A stretch of 64,000 nucleotides of DNA. Source: Takakia lepidozioides (taxonomy: Eukaryota; Plantae; Bryophyta). Under the pieces are notes generated by a model. The model was not told the DNA's origin and ran no database searches. It saw only the letters and a program-made list of their open reading frames with translations. Position 1 is the first letter of the stretch, and each line of letters begins with the position of its first letter. This document shows positions 1-10,589 of the stretch, piece by piece. The stretch spans positions 42,098,001 to 42,162,000 of the forward strand of contig CM060731.1 in assembly GCA_030704615.1 (NCBI GenBank), given 5' to 3'. A program made the position numbers and the translations under genes.

Positions 1-665
1 TATAACATTCAAAATTAAAAGCAACACTAGAGGGCTGTCACTTTGCTAAGCCATCTTGTGCATTGGCCGTGGGTCTGGGGCTCAAAACCCTGTGATCTGT
101 CTCTCTTTACCTTCAAGCAACTTTGTTTGCCTTCAGGGCCTGAAGGGGGTATGGACCTGCCTTTTAGAGGGACTATGCATTTGTTGGCTCTCTTGTAGAG
201 AGAGACTTGCAACATGTTGAAGTAAATGGAGAAAATGTGTTCGAAGGACCTTACACCGTGTCAAGGCTCTGATTGCTGTATTGTGCTGAGTCATGCCCCT
301 TCCTCTCACCTTCTCTTATGTTTTGTGAGAGCAAGAGAGCCCATCGCAGTTTTAGGCTTGTTTGATTGGAACCTTATATCTTGAGTGGGTCCCAATTAGG
401 AACATGTTCTTTATGTTTTCCATTGGTGAACGTAGTAACAATGCACCTGAATGGGTATTATAAGGAGGGGGAGGCCTATGCTTTGCAGTGGTTCTCCGCA
501 GTTGCGTCCAGGCCTGTTGCAAACCACATGCAGCTTGCAAATGCAAGATTCGTGCATGATTCATGCAAGCAAGATCATGTATACGCAGAGTTGAGATATG
601 GGCAAAGAGTGTGAAATTGGAACCCGAACCCAGTGATGTACAAAAGTTCACATTCCAAGTAGAGG

Positions 666-3600
666 TCAGGTGTCCGAAGGAGACCATCGAACTGCTGACT
701 TGTAATTAAACAGAGGGTTCTTTTTTGGACCCTGTGACTTACTTTTGTACAGAAAGAGTGGGTTCTGGGCGCGCTTAGGTGCAGGATCATTCTCTACCTG
801 GGAAGAGTTGGACTCTTCTACAGCTGTCTTCTGTATAGATTTTGAATTTGCTGCAAAAGGAAGCTCAGGTTGTGTTGCTGCTGTGCAAGTGGGTTGACAT
901 CCAAACTGTATCGTCGGTGGAGCATCAGCAGAGTTGAGTATTGCCTCCCGCTTGTCCCCATTTGCATTTATCTGAAGTTGTGTTGCTGCCCTGGCAGTTG
1001 GCTGACATCCAAACTGTGTTGTAGATAGAGCCTCAGCAGGTTCTCTTTGGTCTTCTGGCATCCCCTCCTGTCTGTCCTTATTGCCGTGTGATGATATTGG
1101 CTTTATCACCTTGGCAAGAGCTCCACCATTCTACAAACATCATAAAACACCCTTACTCAGCTTAACTCTGCCAGAAGGCCAATGATTGCCAAGGTTTCAA
1201 CGGTAGCCAGGTACGGCTCATCTTCAGGCTTTGGTTCCATCATACAAGAACCTAGAGTCTTTCTCCACAGCCTAGTTGGTTCCCCTGCAAACCTACCAAC
1301 TATGAGAAATTAAGGTTCGTGAGGTGTGTATGGAGGCAAGATACCCTTCAATGCCTGCCAAGGTTCCAAACTATACATGAGGGCTCATCTACCGGTTTGC
1401 TAATGCCATAAGCATGCCTAGGGAGTTTCTCTTGCACTCTCCTATCCATCCCTGAGTTTCAATTTCAGTCTAGTGCCGACTAGACTTACACTCAGGGCCG
1501 GAAGCCTACCTTTGAACAGCGAACAGATGCAGAGAGGAAAGAGGGATTGCAATTGCCCGTTGTGCGGGCAACCTGAAGACAATACTCATTTTCGGATTCA
1601 TTGTCCTGGGTACTCTGACGAGAGAGACGGCCAAATCCATCAAGGGAATTGTGTCTGAACCTCTGTTTACCAACTCTGAAAGTCTCGAGGCTGAGCCACA
1701 AGCCCAGGCCCTTTTGGGGCCTAGTTATTGGGCAAACCACACACAGCACGTTGATGCTTGTGTGAAGGGATTTGTAGAGGACATCTGGAAAACTTGGATT
1801 AATTTTCTATTCCAAGGTGAGTCATACTACCAGCGTCAGCCCCTGACAAAGGTAGTTTCTGTCCCTTTGTGTTCCGCTCAAACTGAGCGCGGGGTCAATG
1901 GCCACAAGGCTACTGCAAAAAACGTCTTATGAGTACATCCTCGTATCCATCCCAACTATGCCCGACCATGAGGTCCCAAATATAACCAGGCAGGGTAACC
2001 AGCATGTCACTTCAGACTAGTATATAGCAAAAAAGTTGAGAGTGCCCAAGGAATATTACGTTTCCATATTAAGCTCTCATATGTGCTAAAAGAACAGGAA
2101 AACAAATGGCTAAAACTTTGATGCGGCATACCTCTCTGATTGTTCCTTGGTCAAAGACAGGTGAGGATGTGTCGGTTTGCAGAAGGTCATCCTCCTGCTC
2201 AGAACCTTTGGCCTTCAGATTGTCAATGATAGTCTTGTAGTGGTGTGACTGATCTGTAATGCAATGAAATGTCTGGTTAAAGAACCTGTTTCTGCCTAGA
2301 AAGGTTGTTCTTACTACCACTGAAATACTAAAGGAAACCAACAAAGTGGACAGAAGAACCAAGCTACAAATAAAACTTGGAAGTGGACCTTGTGCCTTGT
2401 GAGCCAGTGCACCAGCCAAACGCAATGGGTAGAGTCTTTGTTCTCTTGTGAATTTGGACTTGATTTGTCGCCGCGTTCTTCCAGGAAACAGATGTTGTAT
2501 CAACTGAAAATCTGTACCAAATTGTTCCACAGCCTTCCCTCCACCAGCAACCCCCTTGCCACAGTTAATTGCAGAAAAGAGGCATAGACACATCTGTAGC
2601 CAGTGAAAACTGCATGACTGCTCATGTAGGGTGGAAATGAAAAAGTTCTCCCCTTTTTGGACACACATAAGGTGCATGGTATACTACCTTGTAGAAAAGC
2701 TCAGTGTCTTGTGCCTGCCACTTCTCAGATGGGCCCTTATTGGAGTAGGAACTGTAGTTAAGCCTAGAAGCACTCTCCTCTACCCGTCGGTAGTTGTCAG
2801 TATCCTCAGCTGTGCTGGCTTGAGCAGCCACAAGTAAGCTTTGCTGATTGATCACAATGCGACCATCCACTATCTGCACTTGGGGAGCCAAGACGGTAGC
2901 AGGTGCCCTGCATGATTTGCAATCCTTGCTCATTTCCACTAGCAAACATGCATACTGATTAACCAAAAAATATCATTGAAAGAATGGTTGTACTTTAGAT
3001 TAATTCACAAAAGACTTTAGCAGGCCATGTACAGTTGCATGGGGGCTGCTGTATTATACACAGGTCCTTCATATGTTTGGATATCTATCTATTATAATAG
3101 GTTTCAAAAATTTATCCTTGTCAATCAAGGAAAATGTTTGAACTGGTTACCATAGAGTAGTATGAGGCATCACATAATAGGAGTTTCCCAATTGTTTGAG
3201 GGAGAAACACTAAGTATGTTTTCATGGAGACTTGATTGCTAAGCCTCATCCAGATAACAGACTGCCCATAAGGCCTGCATCCTGCCCTTGTCAACTTGGC
3301 ATCAAAGATCAAACCTAGCTAGAAACTTACACATCCCGGGCAGGTGGTCGAGTAGGTACTACTTTGCCTTCAACGCGTGCAGTTGTGTCCTTCTTAGGCC
3401 ACTTCAGAGGCCTCCAGGTTACATCCTCCTTGTTCTTCTGCAGCAAAGCATAGTAAAGGATGTTCTTAAAGACGATCTGCAACATTAAATTTCTGAAGTT
3501 CCAAGAACTAGTACGAACAGACCCACATAACCTGCTACCTTGAGCTGTATTTCTACATCCTTGAGCAATTTCAACACTGGCGCAAATGCCAAACTGGTGC

Positions 3601-4399
3601 TTAGACAAGCCTGTGCAAACTGATCCTATCTGATGAACTCAACACGTCCAATATGCTTTTGAGATATAGCCCTGAGAGCAGTGACGGCGTCATGGTTCCA
3701 AGAGCTTTGGTGGCACTAATGCATTTGCACTCTCTGATGCCTCACTTACATTACATAAGGGATCTGCAGTGGCTTGTACTTTCACATTTTTCATCCCACA
3801 TCCCCTACAGAAGTATGATGCCAAATTAAACAGCATACTGGTTTGTAGAATCTGACAAGAGAAGTCGAAAAGTTGGATTCTCAAAGTGAAAGAAACACAA
3901 CGACCATGAAGCCACATACCTTCCTCTCTGAGGCCTCTGCGCTCCTTATAATTTCCTGCATTGTCAATCGGTTAGGGTCTGATTTTTTGGCTTCTACCTC
4001 CTCTGATGACTTTCGCTTGTCAACTGCAACAGATCAAACACCATTCTCTTAGACCATGAATCAATGATCTAAACAGAAAGTGCAACTAAACACAATTCCA
4101 CATTCCCGAGAATTGGAGCAAGTATTAAAGAAATCTAGGAGGCAAGCAATGCATGATGCCTTACATAGCTGCTTTCTTGAGACTGAGCGATGAATCAACT
4201 TTCGTTTCTTGCATTCCCCGCCAACAGGAGCCTTCCCTGAAGTTGACATCTCATGGTGCCCCCTGTTTCCAGTAGCATCAGATGGGTCTACCTCTAGATA
4301 CGACCTACCATCCTCCAACACTCCAGCTGTGGCAGCCCCCATTCCAATCCTGCCTCCTAACTCAGGCTCTGAAGCATTCAGTGGTGTGGCAGTCCACAT
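666..4399 (-). CDS. BDP1: TFIIIB component B''/BDP1-like SANT (Myb-like) protein, multi-exon
   Basis: Spliced exons give APQVQIVDGRIVINQQSL...SEKWQAQDTELFYK (~2688-2908) followed by AVEQFGTDFQLIQHLFPGRTRRQIKSKFTREQR (~2389-2535), the Bdp1 SANT signature. Other exons lie at ~3919-4024, ~3330-3437, ~2132-2253 and 666-1131. The start codon and middle exons are uncertain. Confidence 0.8.
1453..1937 (+). mobile_element. 5'-truncated LINE copy in the last BDP1 intron, with a 27-nt 5' inversion
   Basis: It matches 14635-15109 of the long LINE (CPLCGQPED zinc-knuckle region, GVNGHKA..NVL end). The TSD is ctcctatccatccc (1439-1452) / ctcgtatccatccc (1940-1953). Confidence 0.92.
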
Positions 4400-5489
4400 T
4401 CACATGTCTGCAACCATCTGGAGACCCCATCTAGCCCGAACTTCCACAGGAATGCTCCTGGTGCTTGAGGAGTGCCTTTTTCAGGACTGATTGCTGAAGA
4501 ATCTTGAAAGTGCAACGTCGCAAAAAAAAGGCTGACGTAGCACACTTATCCACCTGATCCTGAAATAGGGTGCAAATTACTTGTAAATATACTGCCTTGT
4601 ACTTGCAAGACATCATAATTTTAATACAGTAATTGGTGGCTCATCAAATCCCGGGCCATGGCGCTACAACCCAGTGAATATCTTTACTGGTGAACACCCT
4701 ATACCTCTGGGAATAGGACTAGTGACATTCTGCGTAACAGATGCTCTGCCTGGATTTCACTACTCTCTCTTTCTCTCTCAACGGGAAACGTAACCATAAT
4801 ATCCGAAAAAGATTCTGGCTCGCCCGCCCCTTTGGAAGGACTTTTGCAGACAGTGAAATTCGGCATCGGTACATAAAGACATACTTTGTGGAGAGCCACA
4901 GTATTGCATGCAATATGATTATTCTAAAACGTGTTGACCTCCTTGAATCTGACACCTAGGGTGTATCATCGCACCAAATTATTGCTTCAATTTGATGTTG
5001 CGATAAAGAGCTTGCGATAAAGAGCCTCGAAAACACCATCGAGCAATGGTAATGTCCCAAAGCTCTTTTCTTCTTCCCCTCATTCCTGCTCTGCCCAACC
5101 GGACAGCGTGCCTTGTCCATAAGGTTAGCAACGCAGATCCAGTGTGTAGCTCTGTATCTCAAACGAAAAGGCGTTGTCGCAACTCACGCAACAGCTAACA
5201 GAAAACCACAGATGCAGACCCAGATTCACTTGATTCAATAAATCCACCCGTATTTCTCAGCATATCTCCCAGAAAGAAACGACCTGCCGACCCTGCTGTG
5301 CAAAAGAAGCAAGAAAAACAACATGGAATAACACAAACGAGCACACCACAAATCCAGCAGCCTCCCGTCACAGAACCATCTTACCAAGAACCTAGCAAAA
5401 TACCTTGGAGTAGGCAAAGAGAGGCACCCCACGTTGCAATCCAGCAGCCTCCCACCATCGCTCAGCTCCTCACACAACTCTCAAGCTTA

Positions 5490-5624
5490 CCCTAATAGCT
5501 CGGAAGCCCTAGTACTTGCCCTAATAGCCCGGGAGCCCTAATACTTACCGTAATAGCTCGGGAGCCCTAATACTTGCCCTAATAGCTCGGAAGCCCTAAT
5601 ACTTGCCCTAATGGCTAGGAAGCC
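5490..5624. repeat. 29-bp minisatellite, about 4.6 copies
   Basis: The unit ccctaatagctcggaagccctagtacttg starts at 5490, 5519, 5548, 5577 and 5606, between the divergent BDP1 and PPR genes. Confidence 0.9.
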
Positions 5625-5851
5625 ACCTTTTTCCACACGGACAATTAGGTGGCCGGATCGTGGTCTAGGGTTCGAAACTCCTTTGTCGAGCTGGACGAAC
5701 AGAGTTATCCGCTCGTGTGGGAGGTCTGCAGCTATGGTTCTCCTGGTCCTCTGGCGGCCACCTCTGCAGCCGAGGAAGGAGGAGGAGGAAAACTGTGGAG
5801 AATTCTTCTCTCGCGTGCTCGACTCTCTATAGAAATTCTGGGAAGGTTGCC

Positions 5852-8800
5852 ATGATTCTGTTGCCAACTTCCAGATTGAAGAGATTTCTGTTGCCGGGGG
5901 CCTGCAGCTTCAGCTGCACGTGCATCGGGGTACGGGTGTCTGTGAGAGTTGATGAGCATCGCAATGTGCAGCATGGTGGTACATTTTCCAGGAGGCTGTC
6001 GGTTCAGCAACTGGAGAGAAGTGATGAGGCCTGGAGAATTAGGGTTAAGAGGAAGCTGTCTTTCATGGCAAAAAATGCTGCGATTTCCGATTTGATATTT
6101 TCGTCGCCGTTGATGAAGCTGATGGAAGAAGAGGAGGATGGGAGGCAGGGGGAGTTAGAGCAGGAGTTGGAGCAGCTAGTGGAAAAGTACCGAGATGTGA
6201 AGAGCAACATTTGGCATGGGGTGATCAAGCGTTTGTGCGCCTTGAATAAATGTAATGTGGCTGCCAGGCTGCTGGATTGGCTGCAGACCTACAAGATGTG
6301 TGAATCGTATGACATAATGTACGCAATTGTAATCCATGGCCTGGGCGTCGAGGGTCGTATGTATGATGCCTTTCTCCTGGCTGACCAATTGAAGCGGCAT
6401 GGGGGTAATTTGGGAGCTATGGTCTATAACGCGTTGGTTGGGGCCTGCGCTCGCAGCAATGACCTCGATAAAGCATTAGACTTACTCGATAGGATGCGGC
6501 AGGACGGGTATCAGCCCGACACCGTCAATTACAGTGTCGTGATTCAGGCTTGCACGAAAGCGAGGGCAGATCTTAGTACAATTCTCAAGGTTTGTGAAGA
6601 CATGGAGAAAGAGGGACAGGAGTTTGATAGTAAAATGTATAATGATCTAATCTATGCTTGTTGTAAAGCCGGCGATGCAGATCAAGGTCTAAACGTCATG
6701 GAGAAAATGCAGGCAATGGGCTTGGTTCCACATATGAGAACCTACGTTACTATCATCGATGCATTGGGTGTAGCAGGCAGGACGTCAGAGGCAGAGGCAA
6801 TATTTGCAGAAATGAGGATTATGGGTCTGAAACCTAATCCAAGAGCTGTGAATGCTCTTCTTAGTGCATACACGAGGAAGGGACTGCTGGAACAGGCAGA
6901 GGTACTTTTTGTTGAAGTGGAGAAGCTAGGAGTGAAGCTAAATCAGTACAGCTACGGCTTACTTATAGATGCTTATACCCGATCTGGCCGAACAGAACAG
7001 GCAAAAGGAGTGTTTCGCAAAATGAAGGCTGCTGAAATTCAACCTGATGCCTTCATCTACAGTCGAATCATGACTGTTTTCCGTGACACTGGTCAGTGGA
7101 ACCGTGCCACTAAGGTCCTGCGGGAAATGGAGGCAGCCTGCGTTAAACCCAACAAGCACATGTTCAATATCATTATTGATTCTTTTGGCAAATATGGGCA
7201 GCTGGAGCAGGCTCTGCAGGCTTTTGATCAGATGCAGGCGGAAGGTTTGGAACCTGATGTTGTAACCTGGAACACATTAATAGAGGCACACTGCAGAGCT
7301 GACTTGCAACCTAAGGCTCTAGAAATATTTGACGTTATGCAGAAACGTGGTTGCCCCCCAAGTTCACAGACTTTTAACATCTTACTGAAAGCCCTTGGTT
7401 CCCATGGGCAATGGAAGGAATTAGAATCAGTTTTGGAGCAGATGCAATCCAAGGGTGTTGCTCCAAACGAGGTCACCTACACCACGTTGGTAGACATATA
7501 TGGCCAATCTGGCCGCTTTCATGATGCAGTAGAGTGCTTGGAGAAGATGAAAGCGGAAGGTCCTAAACCCCCTGCCAGTGTCTACTGTGCCCTGGCCAAT
7601 GCATATGCGAAGCAGGTACTGCACGTGTATGTGGGTTTTTTTTCACGATTCCTGCAAGCACTAAAATGGTTGACAGTATCTTTCTGACAGTTGGCAGCTA
7701 CATGTTGTTCATCCTGTAGAGCTTGACAGTATTGCTTTAAACTCTCTATGTTAAACATAACATAAATAGGTCTGCAGTATTTGTCATTCTCTCCGAGTAA
7801 TGTTGAAGGCTGCAAGGGTCTGACCATGCGTGAAAATTGTTGTAGAGTGTAAGCTTTATTTATGCAAGAAACTTGCCTTCTGTGTTGCCGATGACAGTCT
7901 GATATCCATTGTAGATTAACTTGTGATGGATGAGTTTGCAGGGGCTCTGTGAGCAAGCAATGAATGTGTTCAAAAGCATGGAAGAGGATGGCACCGAACC
8001 CAATGTTATGATGCTCAATCTCTTGATTAATGGATTCAGTGTGGCGGGGAGGCATCTAGAGGCATTCTCTGTATTTGAGTATATGAAGGAAGTGGTGTGT
8101 TCTTCTGCATGCCTTCTCAGCTACTTTTCTGTCTGATTTTTGCTAGTGCATGTTGTCTTGACTGTTAGTGGATTCGGTGTGACGGGGAGGCATCAAGAGG
8201 CATTCCCAATATCCGAGTATATGAAGAAGTGGAGTATTCTTCTCCATGCATTCTGAGCTACGTCTGCTCTCTGATTTTTCCCCAGCACAAGTTGTCTTGA
8301 CTGCTTATTGTGCTAATTCATGCCCAGAAGCTAGCATCAACATTGTTTTGATGCTTAAGCTTCACAAAGTCAAGTAGGGTGGGAGTGGGACTTTTGCCAA
8401 GGTTACACTGACTCTTTTTCCCTGATATGTTGTGGGGATTTGAAGGGAATGAGTCCAGATGTGATCACGTATACAACCCTCATGAAGGCCTTTATTAAGG
8501 CAGAAGAACTTGATCAGGTTTGTCCTGCTGATAGGCTTTCATGTCCTTGCATCCATCAATGCGCAACCCTGGATTACAAAGCAGTGTCTTCCATGATTGG
8601 AGTCTTCTGAGATAGCATGTATCCTCGAAAGGTTTAACATTTGCATCTTGGATGTAATGATGCTACATCTGTACATAGAATGTGCAGGAGTGGTAGGATG
8701 CAGTTGCAGAAGCATTTTGTCAAGGCCAAGACAGAGTCACACTTTACCAGGTGGTTTCTCTTGCGTGCAATAATTCTATATGTTTCCTTGTTGCTGATTG

Positions 8801-8940
8801 CCTTGCAGGTCCCAGGTTTATATGAGCAAATGCTGAAAGCAGGATGCACACCTGATGACAAGGCCAAGGACATGCTTCGCAGCGCACTACGGTTCAAAGA
8901 ACGAGCATATAAAACTACATACCAAGCAGTAGACGCATAG
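5852..8940 (+). CDS. P-type pentatricopeptide repeat protein, CRP1/At5g42310-like family
   Basis: Tandem 35-aa PPR motifs (YNALVGACAR, PDVVTWNTLIEAH, PNEVTYTTLVDIYG). GT-AG exons are 5852-7615, 7942-8094, 8446-8517 and 8809-8940. The C-terminus GCTPDDKAKDMLRSALRF resembles the CRP1 family end. Confidence 0.9.
8026..8304 (+). repeat. ~139-bp tandem duplication of the PPR exon 2 end plus intron start
   Basis: 8165-8304 repeats 8026-8164 (ggggaggcatc..gaggcattc..gagtatatgaag..gttgtcttgactg). The donor gtgtgt has changed to gagtat in the second copy. Confidence 0.85.
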
Positions 8941-9175
8941 TAATCCTATAATTGGACGCTGCTTTGAAAATCACGCTGCTGATGGTTATTCTAGAGCTAT
9001 GTGTCAAGCCAGAGCATGCAGAAGAGTTATTATGGAGAAAGCGGTGGAGCAGTATCATATTATAAGCTGGCAGAGCTGCTCTGGTTCTGGCTGCGGAAGA
9101 CCTCTCTGCAGTAAACATGCCTTCTGTGTCTCCAGCTACTCCACCTTCTCTGTCCTCCCTCCCCTTGGACATGCT

Positions 9176-9640
9176 GCTCTTTAGGTGCAATGCAGTGCTG
9201 TGGTCATTTATACATCTTTGGGACATTATGGAATATGTGCGCCTTAGGGAGATGGCTTTTGACGTATGTCACTGGAGGCACATGCAGAGGGTATTGCCGA
9301 TGGAGACCCAGCCATTGGCATCGGAATCAACCCAGGCCGCTCTTTAGGTGCAATGAGTTTTTGTGGTCATTTGTACATCTTTGGGGACATTATGGAAGAT
9401 GTGTTTCTCAGGGAGATGGCTTCGACGTAAGACGCTAGAGGCACAGGCAGATACGTTGCTGATGAAGACCCAGCCCTTGGCATCAGAATCAACCCAGGCC
9501 GCTCCTTAGGTGCAATGTAGTCTTGTGGGCATTTGTACTTTGGGGACATTATGGAAGACGCAGACCCTAGGGGGATGGGGTTGATGTGTGTCACTGGAGG
9601 CACAGGCAGAGGCGTTGCTGATCAAGACCAAGCGTCAGAA
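9176..9640. repeat. ~163-bp tandem repeat, about 2.9 diverged copies
   Basis: ttaggtgcaatg recurs at 9181, 9344 and 9506, with shared ggacattatggaa and gaatcaacccaggccgctc blocks. Confidence 0.9.
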
Positions 9641-10589
9641 TCATTGCCTGACTCTCTTCGATCACAATCTAAATTTTGTGATTTTGGTATACCACTGTGC
9701 CATCACCCTTGTGCAATGTTCCTGTTGGTGATACCTCTACTATTTGTGACCGCTGCAGAGATTAGCTGACTAGGAGGAGAAGATTGAGGCAGCTGTGGGA
9801 GAATTTGTATTTTAATCTTGTAGGTGTGTTGTGACAGGGGCCCTGGTTTTTGGTGCTCTCCTTTCCTTATCTTTGGCCTTCAGCAGTCTACATGGTCGAT
9901 TTTGCTTGCTGCAAATCCAAAGATGACGGGTGGAAGTGTTCCAAGAGCATTACACGGAGCAAATGGCAGATGCAGTTGTGTTCAATAACTGCAGCTTGGA
10001 CTGGATTACAGAGGGATCCAATATTGGCCATACCTTCTCTGTAGGGTTTTCAGTGGTTCCCCTTATCCGTACACGAAAGGAGAGAGGTGATAATGGCTAC
10101 CCTGGTGGATCTTGCGTTCTAGAGGATATTTGCACCTTGGACAAGCTCTTCCAAGTGCCTGTCAAGTACTCCTGCTGAACTTTCAATTGGTGTTTTGGTA
10201 ATGATAGCTCTAAGCAACTGTCCAGTTGCATCTACCATGAGGGAGCCATGGCACAAAGGATGAACATGGGGTCTCTTGCTAGGCTGGTTGTCTGTCACTG
10301 ATAATATCGTCATAACCAACAGCACCACTAGTACACCCCTGCTTCTTAACTTTTACTGCATGGAGGACTCTCTCTTGGCTGGGTTTAAGAAGGACATCAG
10401 CTGTCCAAACTGGCCTGCACAGAGTTCAAGGGCAGGGTGAGCAACTATGGCAGACTGCATGATGTTAGTGTTTGATTGCACCTGTAAGAACGATGATGCC
10501 TCTGTCATGAACTCTGGTCATATTTCATCTCTGGAAGTCCCTGCTTATGTGAGTGTCTGTACATTAACTTTCATCAGTCCTTGATCTCG

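Noticed and set aside
366-614. 82-aa plus-strand ORF at the window start
   Set aside because: It has no recognisable motif and overlaps the probable BDP1 3' UTR.
5490-5624. CRISPR-like appearance of the 29-bp repeats
   Set aside because: The units are head-to-tail with no unique spacers, there are no cas genes and the context is eukaryotic.
5648-5682. Pol III A/B-box-like motifs near the PPR start
   Set aside because: The spacing is far too short and there is no tRNA fold.
9803-9816. atttgtattttaat as the 5' TSD of the long LINE (versus atctgtattgtagt at 15110-15123)
   Set aside because: It is only 11/14 identical and AT-rich, and the intervening 9817-10590 shows no clear LINE features, so it was not used to set the boundary.
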